From IMG/VR virus record IMGVR_UViG_3300030372_000467, positions 1 to 30,180 of that record: DNA of 30,180 nt; one strand, given 5' to 3'. Shown here piece by piece: positions 1-9,250 of this stretch; within the stretch, counting starts at the first letter, position 1, and each line of letters opens with the position of its first letter. A program made the translations under genes and the position numbers. Source of the stretch: a virus (taxonomy: Duplodnaviria; Caudoviricetes). The notes below the pieces were generated by a model. It did not search any database. It worked only from the letters and a program-made list of their open reading frames with translations, and was not told where the DNA came from.

Positions 1-138
1 AGAAGGATAATTTTCCTTTATTTTGGAATAAAATATCTAATAAAGTAAGTAAGGGTATAGCAGAAAAGAATTATAAACTTTTAGATCAAGAATGGTTAGA
101 TAAACCAGAAGAGTTAGCAGAAATCTATAATAATTATT
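1..138. repeat. Terminal direct repeat, copy 1 (circular assembly overlap)
   Basis: 1-138 is identical to 30043-30180. Confidence 0.97.
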
Positions 139-416
139 ATAATTCAGTAGAAGATAAGAAGTTTGCGAAACAACCAGCTTTCTGGCTATCAGCTAAGAAG
201 TATGAAGATGAGGTAGCTAAACAAGACACTAGCAAAGGTGAAGTATACCCTCTGAGGTTAAAAATGTTTAAACAAGCTATAAAAGATAAAGATAAGAATT
301 CTTTTATACAAAGTTTTGCTAATCAACACTTTCCTGATGTTCAAAGAGCTATCAAAGAGGGTGAGTTTACTAAAGATGATGCTATTAAGTATTTAAACAT
401 GGGTAGTAGACTATGA
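1..416 (+). CDS. C-terminal part of DUF1376/YdaU-like replication initiator (continues from 29619 across the junction)
   Basis: Open frame from base 3 (KDNFPLFWNKISNKVSKG...KQPAFWLS...NMGSRL) to TGA 414-416. The FW..K..K...P..WL pattern resembles phage initiator C-terminal domains. Confidence 0.8.
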   Translation, partial: KDNFPLFWNKISNKVSKGIAEKNYKLLDQEWLDKPEELAEIYNNYYNSVEDKKFAKQPAFWLSAKKYEDEVAKQDTSKGEVYPLRLKMFKQAIKDKDKNSFIQSFANQHFPDVQRAIKEGEFTKDDAIKYLNMGSRL

Positions 417-670
417 CAGATAGATTTAAAGGAGATAGGGCTACACAAGATTTTACTTTTTACAGTATGTCTAGGAAACAAGAAGAATTGAATAAAAAAA
501 AGAAAACTATAGATAAAGAAAAAATAAAAGCTAAATTTTCTACTGGTAAATATATGTACTGCTCTAAATGTGCGGGAAATCCAATTATTAAAGTTGATAA
601 TGCAAATAAATATATTTGTTCAGATTGTTTAATGAAAATGACAAAAAATAGAACAAAATGGAATATTTAA
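413..670 (+). CDS. Hypothetical Zn-ribbon protein
   Basis: CSKC...CSDC; ATGA overlap with the upstream stop. Confidence 0.7.
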   Translation: MTDRFKGDRATQDFTFYSMSRKQEELNKKKKTIDKEKIKAKFSTGKYMYCSKCAGNPIIKVDNANKYICSDCLMKMTKNRTKWNI

Positions 671-792
671 GAAAAGTAGAACTATTTAAAAAACTTATAT
701 CTGAGATAGACATAAGTAAGTACAATCAAAAGGAGTATGAGAAAATAGTTAATCTCATATTCCAAGATATTTTTAGGTTAAATGATGGCTAA
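658..792 (+). CDS. Small hypothetical protein (44 aa, not in ORF track)
   Basis: ATG 658, MEYLRKVELFKKLISEIDISKYNQKEYEKIVNLIFQDIFRLNDG, TAA 790-792; fills the gap and overlaps both neighbours. Confidence 0.6.
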   Translation: MEYLRKVELFKKLISEIDISKYNQKEYEKIVNLIFQDIFRLNDG

Positions 793-1228
793 ACTTAAAA
801 GTAAGGAACTTAAACATTTACAAAAAGGAAAATATCATGATGGAGAAGGTCTTTATATTCGTATTTTAAGACAAGGTAAAGGATTATGGACATATCGCTT
901 TGCAATCAATAAAAAATGTCACGAAATGTCTTTAGGAACTTACCCAGAGGTAAGACTATCGGAAGCAAGAAAAAAACTACTAAAACAAAGAAGGGTCAAA
1001 GTAAATAATTTAAACCCACTAGATGAAAGAAGAAAAGACAATATTAAGAAACCAGAGCATTATATTAAAGGTGGTATAGAGCCTATAGAATACATAACAA
1101 AAAATAAACTATCTTACTGTGAAGGCAATGTAATAAAGTACATTACACGCTGGAGATACAAAGGGGGTTTGGAAGATTTAAAGAAAGCAAAACAATACAT
1201 AGACTTTATTATAGAGAAAGAAACATAG
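782..1228 (+). CDS. Fusion of integrase arm-type DNA-binding domain (DUF4102-like) and DUF3310 (T7 gp1.7-like) domain
   Basis: N-half: GKYHDGEGLYIRI...WTYRF...EMSLGTYPEVRLSEARKK...NPLDERR. C-half: DNIKKPEHY..GGIEPIEYI...YCEGNVIKYITRWRYKGGLEDLKKAKQYID. Confidence 0.8.
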   Translation: MMAKLKSKELKHLQKGKYHDGEGLYIRILRQGKGLWTYRFAINKKCHEMSLGTYPEVRLSEARKKLLKQRRVKVNNLNPLDERRKDNIKKPEHYIKGGIEPIEYITKNKLSYCEGNVIKYITRWRYKGGLEDLKKAKQYIDFIIEKET

Positions 1229-1256
1229 TTGAACTATATAACCAGTATGATAAACT
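1229..1256 (+). promoter_or_regulatory. Putative sigma70 promoter upstream of the packaging operon
   Basis: TTGAAC (1229-1234), N16, TAAACT (1251-1256) with extended -10 TG. Confidence 0.45.
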
Positions 1257-1285
1257 TTTATTACCGAACTATAGGGTAATTAGGA

Positions 1286-1591
1286 ATGGCAAGACCAAAA
1301 AAGTATAAAATCACAGATGAGGAAGTTTTTAAACTAGCGTCTTATGGGTGTACTAACACAGAGATAGCAGACTTTTATGGTTGTGACGAGAGCTTAATAC
1401 GAAAGAGTTTTTCCGAATCTCTGACAAAAGGAAGATCACAAGGCAAAATCAGACTAAGACAGTTACAATGGAGTTCAGCAGAAAAAGGTAATGTAACTAT
1501 GCAAATATTCTTAGGTAAGAACCTATTAGGACAACAGGATAGATTTGAAGAGAACCAATTAGAAGAACCATTAGTATGGACTAATGATTGA
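1286..1591 (+). CDS. terS: Terminase small subunit
   Basis: MARPKK start, HTH (GCTNTEIADFYGC), GNVTMQIFLGKNLLGQ motif; upstream of terL. Confidence 0.8.
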   Translation: MARPKKYKITDEEVFKLASYGCTNTEIADFYGCDESLIRKSFSESLTKGRSQGKIRLRQLQWSSAEKGNVTMQIFLGKNLLGQQDRFEENQLEEPLVWTND

Positions 1592-2166
1592 TGATACCTT
1601 TTCCAGATAAGAAGTATAATATCATTTATGCTGACCCTTGCTGGTCTTTTGAAACATATTCAGAAAAAGGTAAAGAAAAAAGTGCTGATAATCATTATGA
1701 ATGTCAAGATATAGAATGGATTAGCAACTTACCAGTAAAAGAGATAAGTAATGATAACTGCATATTATTTATGTGGGTAACTTTTCCTATTTTACATCAA
1801 AGTTTTAATGTTATTGATAGTTGGGGTTTCAAGTATTCAACTTGTGGGTTTGTATGGGTAAAAGCTAATAAGAACCATAATAAAAACCAGTTAAGTTTTG
1901 TTGAAGAAGAAAAGTTTGATGCTTTCTGGGGTTTGGGTTATTGGACTAGGTCTAACGCTGAATTATGTTTAATAGCTAAAAAAGGAACTATAGAAAGGCA
2001 ATCCAGAGGAGTGCATCAAATTATTTATGAACCAGTACAAGAACACAGTAAAAAACCAGCAGAGGTAAGAGATAGAATAGTCAAGCTATGTGGAGATTTA
2101 CCAAGAATAGAATTATTTGCTAGACAGAAAGTAGAAGGCTGGGATTGTTGGGGTAATGAGGTATAA
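1591..2166 (+). CDS. MT-A70 family adenine methyltransferase
   Basis: KYNIIYADPCW (DPPW variant), LFMWVT, WGFKY, FVWVK, GYWTRSNAE, HSKKP, RIELFAR..GWDCWGNE. Confidence 0.9.
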   Translation: MIPFPDKKYNIIYADPCWSFETYSEKGKEKSADNHYECQDIEWISNLPVKEISNDNCILFMWVTFPILHQSFNVIDSWGFKYSTCGFVWVKANKNHNKNQLSFVEEEKFDAFWGLGYWTRSNAELCLIAKKGTIERQSRGVHQIIYEPVQEHSKKPAEVRDRIVKLCGDLPRIELFARQKVEGWDCWGNEV

Positions 2167-3383
2167 TGCCATTAACTGAACCACAGAAAAAAGTTATAAG
2201 TTCTGATGCAAGGTTTAGAGTATTAATTACTGGTAGAAGGTTTGGTAAAACATATTTAGCAATAAATGAGATAGCAAAGTTCTCTAGTCAGCCTAATAAA
2301 AAGGTATGGTATGTTGCACCCAGTTACAGACAAGCTAAAGCAATATGCTGGGGTGTATTAAAAGAAAAGATGATAAGTCATAAGTGGGTAAAGACAATCA
2401 ACCATAGTGATCTAACTATAACACTCAGAAACAACTCACAAATAACACTTAGAGGAAGTGACAATGAAAACTCATTAAGAGGAGTTGGTTTAGATTTCTT
2501 AGTATGTGATGAGTTCTCTGATATAAATAAATCTGTATGGTACGAAGTGTTAAGACCTACATTATCTGATACGAAAGGCTCTGCTTTCTTTTGTGGTAGT
2601 CCTAGAGGGTTTGGTAACTGGTCTTATGAGTTATTTAAACAAGGTGAAACTAACAATGACTGGGAGAGTTTTAAATACACTACATTAGAAGGTGAACAAG
2701 TAAGTGCAGAGGAGATAGAACAAGCAAAACAGGATTTAGATTTGAGAACATTTCAGCAAGAGTATGAAGCAACGTTTGTCAATTACTCTGGAATGATATA
2801 TTATAACTTCAGTAGGGATAAAAACATTGTTGAAAAATATAAAGGTAATAGTTTGTTTTTGCATATAGGATTAGACTTTAACGTTGACCCTATGTGTGCT
2901 GTAGTAACTGTAATAGATAAAAATGTAGTTACAGTAATAGATGAGATACAGATATATTCTTCTAATACCAATGAAATGTGTGAAGAAATAAAGAGCAGAT
3001 ATAAAAATAAAAATATTATAGTTTATCCTGACCCAAGTGCTAGACAAAGAAAAACATCTGCTGGAGGGCAAACAGATTTATCTATATTAAAAAACTTTGG
3101 TTATGAGGTAAAATGCAAGAACACAGCACCATTGGTCAGAGATAGAATAAACGCAGTAAACTCAAAGCTAAAAAATGTTGCTGGTAAAAGTAGTTTATTT
3201 GTTTTAAATACTTGTAAAAATGTTATAAAGAGTATAGAAAGACAGATATATAAAGAAGGAACTCACATACCAGATAAGGATAGTGGTTTTGATCATATGA
3301 ATGATGCTTTAGGTTACTTAATAGAGTATAACTATCCTATAAGAAGAAATTTTGTACCAACTGAGCAAAAGAGGTGGAGTTAA
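2166..3383 (+). CDS. terL: Terminase large subunit
   Basis: Walker A GRRFGKT, Walker B LVCDE after LRG, FQQEYEATF, RNase H-like GLDFN, DHMNDALGY. Confidence 0.95.
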   Translation: MPLTEPQKKVISSDARFRVLITGRRFGKTYLAINEIAKFSSQPNKKVWYVAPSYRQAKAICWGVLKEKMISHKWVKTINHSDLTITLRNNSQITLRGSDNENSLRGVGLDFLVCDEFSDINKSVWYEVLRPTLSDTKGSAFFCGSPRGFGNWSYELFKQGETNNDWESFKYTTLEGEQVSAEEIEQAKQDLDLRTFQQEYEATFVNYSGMIYYNFSRDKNIVEKYKGNSLFLHIGLDFNVDPMCAVVTVIDKNVVTVIDEIQIYSSNTNEMCEEIKSRYKNKNIIVYPDPSARQRKTSAGGQTDLSILKNFGYEVKCKNTAPLVRDRINAVNSKLKNVAGKSSLFVLNTCKNVIKSIERQIYKEGTHIPDKDSGFDHMNDALGYLIEYNYPIRRNFVPTEQKRWS

Positions 3384-4813
3384 TGAACAGAGAAGAATTA
3401 CAAGAGAAACATCATTTATGGAAAGCTAATATAGAGAACTGGGAGTTTTATATCAGGTCTTATTTAGGCGGTAATGATTATAAAAACGGATATTATTTAC
3501 ACAGATATATATTAGAATCACCTGAAGAGTATGATGCAAGGGTAAGACATACACCACTAGACAACCATTGTAAAAATGTTGTGCAAATCTACACTAGCTT
3601 TTTATGGAGAGTACCACCGACTAGAGATTATGGAAGTTTAGATGGAGATGAGCAACTACAATCATTTATTAAAGATGCTGATTTAGATGGTAGAAGTTTT
3701 AATACAGTTATGAGAGAGGTGCAGATGAACGCATCTATTTATGGTAACTGTTGGGTCATTGTAGACAAACCACAAACTAATGCAAAGACTAGAGCAGAAG
3801 AACTAGCTCAAGATATAAGACCTTATGTGTCAATATATACACCTGAAAACATTGTTAACTGGAATTATAGTAGAGCAAGTAGTGGTAGATTTTATTTAGA
3901 TTATTTAGTGGTAGTAGAAGATATAAATTCTGAAAGAGCTATATTAAAAGTATTTACAGAAGAAACTATTAGTACTTATGAAGTAGAAGAATATGATAAA
4001 GAATATGAAGATGGAGATGCAAAGCTATTAGAAGAAATACCTAACCCTATAGGAGTTATTCCAGCAGTTAATGTTTACAACCTAAGAGGGAATAAAAGAC
4101 CAATAGGTATAAGTGATTTATCAGATGTCGCATATTTACAGCAATCTATCTATAATGATTACTCAGAAAAAGAACAACTGATAAGACTAGCCAACCACCC
4201 CAGCTTAGTAAAAACCCCTAATGTAGAAGCATCTGCTGGGGCTGGTTCTATAATAGAAATACCAGAAGATATGGATAGTTCTTTAAAACCTTACATTATT
4301 CAACCTAGTGGACAAAACCTAGATGGTATAATGAAATGTATACAAAACAAAGTAGATGCTATAGATAGAATTACACATATGGGTTCAGTAAGAGCAACAA
4401 GTGGACAAATAGCTAGTGGTATAGCATTACAAACAGAGTTTCAGTTACTAAATGCAAGACTGTCAGAAAAGGCAGATTATTTAGAAAACGCAGAGGAACA
4501 TATCTGGGGTTTATTTGCTAGATGGTTAGAAAAAGAGTTTGATGGTTCAGTAAATTATCCAGATACTTTTGATGTCAGAGATTGGGCAAATGATATGCAA
4601 TATTTACAAATGGCTAAAGCTAGTGGAGTAAAATCAGAAACATTTAACAAAGAAATAGACAAGCAGATAGCAGATACAGTTATAGATGATAACGATAAGA
4701 TAAAAACAATAAACGAAGAGATTGACAACTCAAGATCAGTTAGAGGTCAGTTTCAAACTACAAATGTAGAAGGAGTAACAGTTGGCGAAACGGAAGAAGA
4801 AACGAGTACCTAA
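3383..4813 (+). CDS. Portal protein
   Basis: About 476 aa directly after terL; YLGG, DADLDG, SGIALQ motifs. Start moved to ATG 3383 (TAATG coupling). Confidence 0.88.
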   Translation: MNREELQEKHHLWKANIENWEFYIRSYLGGNDYKNGYYLHRYILESPEEYDARVRHTPLDNHCKNVVQIYTSFLWRVPPTRDYGSLDGDEQLQSFIKDADLDGRSFNTVMREVQMNASIYGNCWVIVDKPQTNAKTRAEELAQDIRPYVSIYTPENIVNWNYSRASSGRFYLDYLVVVEDINSERAILKVFTEETISTYEVEEYDKEYEDGDAKLLEEIPNPIGVIPAVNVYNLRGNKRPIGISDLSDVAYLQQSIYNDYSEKEQLIRLANHPSLVKTPNVEASAGAGSIIEIPEDMDSSLKPYIIQPSGQNLDGIMKCIQNKVDAIDRITHMGSVRATSGQIASGIALQTEFQLLNARLSEKADYLENAEEHIWGLFARWLEKEFDGSVNYPDTFDVRDWANDMQYLQMAKASGVKSETFNKEIDKQIADTVIDDNDKIKTINEEIDNSRSVRGQFQTTNVEGVTVGETEEETST

Positions 4814-4967
4814 AGATAAAAAAACCAAGATACCTAAAAAATATTTATCAGGTTTAAAGGGGTCAAAACGCACTATGAGAGCTAGTTTAATTAAACAGGT
4901 TAGTTCACTATACAAAAGTGGTGCAAGAATACCTAGATCATTATTAAAAAGAAGAACGAGGGTATAA
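4782..4967 (+). CDS. Small highly basic protein
   Basis: TTG start after AAGGAG; 24 of 61 residues K/R, one acidic. Confidence 0.75.
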   Translation: MAKRKKKRVPKDKKTKIPKKYLSGLKGSKRTMRASLIKQVSSLYKSGARIPRSLLKRRTRV

Positions 4968-5233
4968 TGGCAGTAAAAAGAAAACCTTTATCAGCTACAA
5001 CTATTAAAACACTTAAAACAAAAGCTAAGAAGTCTAAACTATTTAATCTAGCTGACCTCAAGGCTAGTTTTCGTAGAGGGCAAGGTGCATTTTTATCTAG
5101 TGGTAGCAGACCCAGAATACCTATGAACGCATGGGCTATGGCTAGAGTAAATAAACTTATAAGCAGAGGTAAGTCAGGAACATTTGACAAGGATTTAATT
5201 AGAAGGGCTAGTAAACGAAAGAAGAAAAAGTAA
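4967..5233 (+). CDS. Small basic protein (possibly DUF5824-like)
   Basis: About 27 of 88 K/R; RRG.GA..SSGSRP....WAMARVN motif; TAATG coupling. Confidence 0.75.
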   Translation: MAVKRKPLSATTIKTLKTKAKKSKLFNLADLKASFRRGQGAFLSSGSRPRIPMNAWAMARVNKLISRGKSGTFDKDLIRRASKRKKKK

Positions 5234-5520
5234 TGGCTATATACAGAGGTAAAGATGTAAAATTAAACAAACCCTTTAGATTATCAACCACAGAATCTAA
5301 AAGAAAAAAGTTTGGTGTGTATGTTAAAAATAAATCTACTGGGAAAGTAAAGAAAGTTACTTTTGGTGCAAGGGGTATGAGTATTAAAAAAAACATACCA
5401 GCTAGGCAGAAGTCATTTCTAGCTAGAATGGGTGGGGTGCTGAAAGAGGTAAAAGGTCAAAAAACATTATCACCAGCTTACTGGTCAATTAGAGCATGGA
5501 AAAAGAATTTTCCGTTATAA
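5233..5520 (+). CDS. Small basic protein of a widespread marine viral family
   Basis: YRGK.VKLNKPFR...KKFGVYVKN...KVTFG...ARQKSFLAR...YWS..AW; about 26 of 95 K/R. Confidence 0.78.
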   Translation: MAIYRGKDVKLNKPFRLSTTESKRKKFGVYVKNKSTGKVKKVTFGARGMSIKKNIPARQKSFLARMGGVLKEVKGQKTLSPAYWSIRAWKKNFPL

Positions 5521-5523
5521 TAA

Positions 5524-6429
5524 ATGTCTAGAATATTAGAAAAACTAGCTGATCAACATGAAGAACGTATAATAAATGTATTATATAAGCTAGAAGAAGA
5601 TGTTATAAAAGAAGTTACTAGATCAACTAATGGTCAACTTGTATCACAAAGAATAGCAATACAACTGCAACCAAAGATCAGACAAGCAATAGAAAACAAT
5701 TTTCTTAATGAAGCTGATCTAATTATTAATGAGGAATATAATAAGATAGCAAAACAAGTATTAGACGAGTTTGGAGAAATGCCTATTCCTAATAAATTTA
5801 AAAGTCTTACAGAAGCTAATCTATCTACTATTAATGCACTAAAGTTCCAAAGCTACTCAGGGTTTGAAGATATAGGCGAAAGATTTATAAAAGTAATTAA
5901 TGACGAATTATATCAGAGTACCATAGCTGGTAGACCTTTTGAGGACATGGTTACTAATATCAGATCACATATTAATGGAGTTTATAAAAAATCAAATCAA
6001 AGAGAGATAAATGAACTGGTGGATTTTGTGAATGAAAACAAATTTAACAGTAGTATGAAACTACAAGTAGAAGATGCTGTTAGAAAACTACATACTCAAT
6101 ATGCTAGTGATAGGGCTGGTAATAATCTTAGAAGGTATGCTGGTCAAATAGCTCACGATAGTGTAATGCAGTTTCATGGTCAGTTCACTATAGCAAAAGC
6201 TAAAGAAAGTGGATTAACAAATTTTACTTATACTGGTACTCTTGTTAGAGATAGTAGAGATTTCTGTGTAGGTATGTTAGGAAAAACATTTACAGAAGCA
6301 GAAATTAGAAATATTTGGAACACAAGGTCTTGGCAAGGAAAATCTATTGGCGACCCCTTTATAGTTAGGGGTGGATATAGATGCAGACATACTTGGATAC
6401 CTACAGACCCAAGTTGGAATATAGATTAA
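5524..6429 (+). CDS. Minor capsid / head morphogenesis protein (MuF/SPP1 gp7-like)
   Basis: Between portal and scaffold; C-terminal DSRDFC...GGYRCRHTWIP. Confidence 0.8.
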   Translation: MSRILEKLADQHEERIINVLYKLEEDVIKEVTRSTNGQLVSQRIAIQLQPKIRQAIENNFLNEADLIINEEYNKIAKQVLDEFGEMPIPNKFKSLTEANLSTINALKFQSYSGFEDIGERFIKVINDELYQSTIAGRPFEDMVTNIRSHINGVYKKSNQREINELVDFVNENKFNSSMKLQVEDAVRKLHTQYASDRAGNNLRRYAGQIAHDSVMQFHGQFTIAKAKESGLTNFTYTGTLVRDSRDFCVGMLGKTFTEAEIRNIWNTRSWQGKSIGDPFIVRGGYRCRHTWIPTDPSWNID

Positions 6430-6436
6430 GAGATGA

Positions 6437-6465
6437 TTGTATTTTAAATAAAACTTTGTTATAAA
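6437..6465 (+). promoter_or_regulatory. Putative promoter for scaffold and capsid genes
   Basis: TTGTAT (6437-6442), N17, TATAAA (6460-6465) with TG extension. Confidence 0.4.
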
Positions 6466-6490
6466 TAAATTACAACTGGAGAAAATACAC

Positions 6491-7207
6491 ATGGATAAAC
6501 AAATGGAACAAGAACAAGTAGAACAAACTACGCAAGTTAATGAAGAAGTAAAAACACCTGAAGCAGTAGAAAAACCTAATGCTAGAACATTTAGTCAAGA
6601 AGAACTAAATGATATAGTAGAAAGAAGGTTGCACAAAGAACGCATGGCAATAAATAAAAAAATAGGAGTTGATGATTTGGATTCAGCAATCAATATAGTA
6701 AAAGCACAAAAAGAAACAGAAGAAAAACAAAAAATTCAAAAGGGTGAGTTTGAGGAAATACTTAAAAACAAAACACAAGAATGGAACAAAGAAAAAACTA
6801 ATTTAGAAGTACAACTCAAAGATATTAAAATAAATAAATCTTTACTTTCTTCAGCATCAAAGAACAGAGCAATAAATCCTGATCAAGTTGTAGAATTATT
6901 AAATAAAAATATAAAATTAAATGAATCTGGTAATGTAGAAATCCTAGACAAAAACGGATTAGCCAGATATAACAGTAATGGGGAACTCTTAACGACAGAC
7001 GAACTGGTGCAAGAGTTTTTAACACAGAACCCTCACTTTGTTACTGCTAGTCCTTCTGGTAGTGGCTCGGTGTCAAATGTGGATAGAGGAGAACTCAGCT
7101 CCAATTTTAAAATTGAGGATTTAGATATGAATAACCCTAAGGATAGAGAGAAATATGCAAAGTGGAAGCAAAAAAGAAACTCTCAACCTAGAGTGATTAA
7201 TTCATAA
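6491..7207 (+). CDS. Capsid scaffolding protein
   Basis: Acidic N-terminus, TFSQEELNDIVERRL, coiled coil, NPHF..SGSGS; precedes capsid gene. Confidence 0.85.
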   Translation: MDKQMEQEQVEQTTQVNEEVKTPEAVEKPNARTFSQEELNDIVERRLHKERMAINKKIGVDDLDSAINIVKAQKETEEKQKIQKGEFEEILKNKTQEWNKEKTNLEVQLKDIKINKSLLSSASKNRAINPDQVVELLNKNIKLNESGNVEILDKNGLARYNSNGELLTTDELVQEFLTQNPHFVTASPSGSGSVSNVDRGELSSNFKIEDLDMNNPKDREKYAKWKQKRNSQPRVINS

Positions 7208-7233
7208 TTTTTTTTTAATTTAAAGGAGTTAAC

Positions 7234-8073
7234 ATGGCAAACGAAACCACAAGCAGTACTATATCAGAACTCTATACTGAGATAGTAGCAGAAGCATTAT
7301 TTGTAGCTAATGAGCAATCAATAATGAGAAATTTAGTTAGAAACTACACAATCGCTGGAGGAGGTAAGGCAGTTGAAGTACCTATTTATTCAACTGTATC
7401 AGCATCAGCAGTTAGTGAAGCATCTGACTTATCAAATACAGCGGTAAACCCAAGTTCTGTAACTATTACAGCATCAGAAGTTGGAATTATGACCACACTT
7501 ACAGATTTAGCAAGAAACTCAGCATCAAGAAATGTTGCTGGAGATATTGGTAGATTATTTGGAGAAGCAATAGCAAAAAAAATTGATGGAGATTTATCAG
7601 CTTTATTTACTGGGTTCTCAACTGAAAAAGGTGGTGGAGCTGGAAACGAAATAACAGTAACAGATTTATTTGAGGCAAGTGCTGAATTAGTAACAGCAAA
7701 TGCACCAGCACCTTATTATGGTGTATTTCACCCAAAGATGATTTTTAATGTAAAGAAATCATTAACTAATACATTTGTAGGCAGAGATACAGAACTTTCA
7801 AATGAAGCTATGAGAAGTGGATTTGTAGGAACTATAGCTGGAATACAAATATTTGAATCTTCAAATGTATCTGTAGATGGATCAGACGATTCTATTGGTG
7901 GTGTATTCTCACAAGATGCTTTAGCTTTAGCAATGATGCAAGACCTTAAGATTGAATCACAAAGAGATGCTTCTTTAAGAGCAGATGAGATTGTAGCTAC
8001 AGCAGTTTATGGAGTTGGCGAACTACATGATAGTTATGGTGTTAAATTAACTGGCGACACTTTAGCTAACTAA
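7234..8073 (+). CDS. Major capsid protein (HK97 fold)
   Basis: Strong SD AAGGAG; FGEAIAKKID, VFHP, GTIAGIQIFES, QRDASLRADEIVATAVYGVGEL. Confidence 0.9.
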   Translation: MANETTSSTISELYTEIVAEALFVANEQSIMRNLVRNYTIAGGGKAVEVPIYSTVSASAVSEASDLSNTAVNPSSVTITASEVGIMTTLTDLARNSASRNVAGDIGRLFGEAIAKKIDGDLSALFTGFSTEKGGGAGNEITVTDLFEASAELVTANAPAPYYGVFHPKMIFNVKKSLTNTFVGRDTELSNEAMRSGFVGTIAGIQIFESSNVSVDGSDDSIGGVFSQDALALAMMQDLKIESQRDASLRADEIVATAVYGVGELHDSYGVKLTGDTLAN

Positions 8074-8081
8074 TAACTTAT

Positions 8082-8103
8082 GGGGTGGGAAACCACCCCT
8101 TTT
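8082..8103 (+). terminator. Rho-independent terminator after the capsid gene
   Basis: GGGGTGG-GAAA-CCACCCC followed by TTTT. Confidence 0.85.
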
Positions 8104-8118
8104 AAAAAGGAGTTTATT

Positions 8119-8310
8119 ATGGAGATGGTCAAACTTTCAAAAGGCGATAGAGTTATAGAAAGAAGTAAAGTTGATTATGAAAACAATAAAGGAATGTGGG
8201 ATATAAGAGGTTGGAGTTTATACGAAGGTAAACCAAAGGCACAACCAACACCAAAAGCAGAGCCAAAAAAAGAAACAATAAAGAAAACTACAACTAAAAA
8301 GGCTAAATAA
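8119..8310 (+). CDS. Small virion-associated protein with Lys-rich tail
   Basis: ATG 8119 after AAGGAG; MEMVKLSKGDRVIERS...KKTTTKKAK. Confidence 0.7.
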   Translation: MEMVKLSKGDRVIERSKVDYENNKGMWDIRGWSLYEGKPKAQPTPKAEPKKETIKKTTTKKAK

Positions 8311-8786
8311 TGGCTACTACAGAATTTAGTGTAGCAAATTCTAACTTACAAGCTATACAGCCAGATATACTAGGCTTTGGTATTACAGACTTTGGCGACC
8401 AGTTACAATTTGCAGAAAATGATGTAATAAGAAGAGTTAGAGAGGAATGGTGGGAAAGATACAGACACCAAGTTCGCTACAAAGATATTACTAAAGTTAC
8501 ATCTGTTGAAATGACCAACAGTAAATTAACCAATGCACAATGGACACAATCGGTAGTTTATTTAGCATTATGGAAATATGTTTATCCTATTCTTACTAAA
8601 TGGCGTGATCCTGATACTGGTGAAGGAAAAGATGCGTTTCAAGTACAAATAGATTTTTATAGAGATAGGTACGAGGAGGAATTTCAAGCTATATTAAGAG
8701 ATGGTGTTGAGTATGATGAAGATAGTTCTGGAGCAGTAAGTGATTCAGAAAAAGAACCGATACATCATTTAAGGCTAGTTAGATAA
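8310..8786 (+). CDS. Head-tail connector/adaptor
   Basis: Position, size and helical character. Confidence 0.65.
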   Translation: MATTEFSVANSNLQAIQPDILGFGITDFGDQLQFAENDVIRRVREEWWERYRHQVRYKDITKVTSVEMTNSKLTNAQWTQSVVYLALWKYVYPILTKWRDPDTGEGKDAFQVQIDFYRDRYEEEFQAILRDGVEYDEDSSGAVSDSEKEPIHHLRLVR

Positions 8787-9250
8787 TGCAAGTACAAGTT
8801 AAATCTAATACTCTTGAGGTGGCACAAGAGTTGAAAAGAATGACTAGAAAACAAAAGTCAGCAATAACCAAAGCTCTTAATAAAGTTTCTAATATGGCAA
8901 TATTTATGATTACTAAAAGAACTCAGAGTGGAAGATTGCCAGACGGAGGACAAATGAGAGCTTACGCACCAGCAACAGTTAGAAGCAGAAAGAAAAGAGG
9001 TAGGCAAACTGGTTTTGTAGATTTAACTGATACAGGTAAAATGTTTAGAAGTTTAGACTTTAAGACTGGTGGATTAAAAAGCACTTTGTTTTTTTCTAAT
9101 ATGGAAAGAAATAAAATAGCATCATATCACGATATTTTTGGTGCTGGTAAAAGCAAAGTTGTAAGACCTTTTTTCTCTATTGGAGATAAAGAGGAAGATA
9201 AAATCAAACAAGAATTTGCATCAACCTATTTTAAAGAAATGAAGATATGA
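8786..9250 (+). CDS. Virion morphogenesis / tail completion protein (HK97 gp10 or P2 S-like)
   Basis: YAPATV..RK, DLTDTGKMFRSL, A.YH..G, RPFF motifs. Confidence 0.75.
   Translation: MQVQVKSNTLEVAQELKRMTRKQKSAITKALNKVSNMAIFMITKRTQSGRLPDGGQMRAYAPATVRSRKKRGRQTGFVDLTDTGKMFRSLDFKTGGLKSTLFFSNMERNKIASYHDIFGAGKSKVVRPFFSIGDKEEDKIKQEFASTYFKEMKI

Noticed and set aside
782-1036. Functional integrase or evidence of lysogeny
   Set aside because: Only the arm-binding domain is present; no catalytic R-H-R-Y domain anywhere in the genome
7208-7216. T-run between scaffold and capsid genes as a terminator
   Set aside because: No convincing GC-rich stem precedes it; more likely a U-rich translational enhancer
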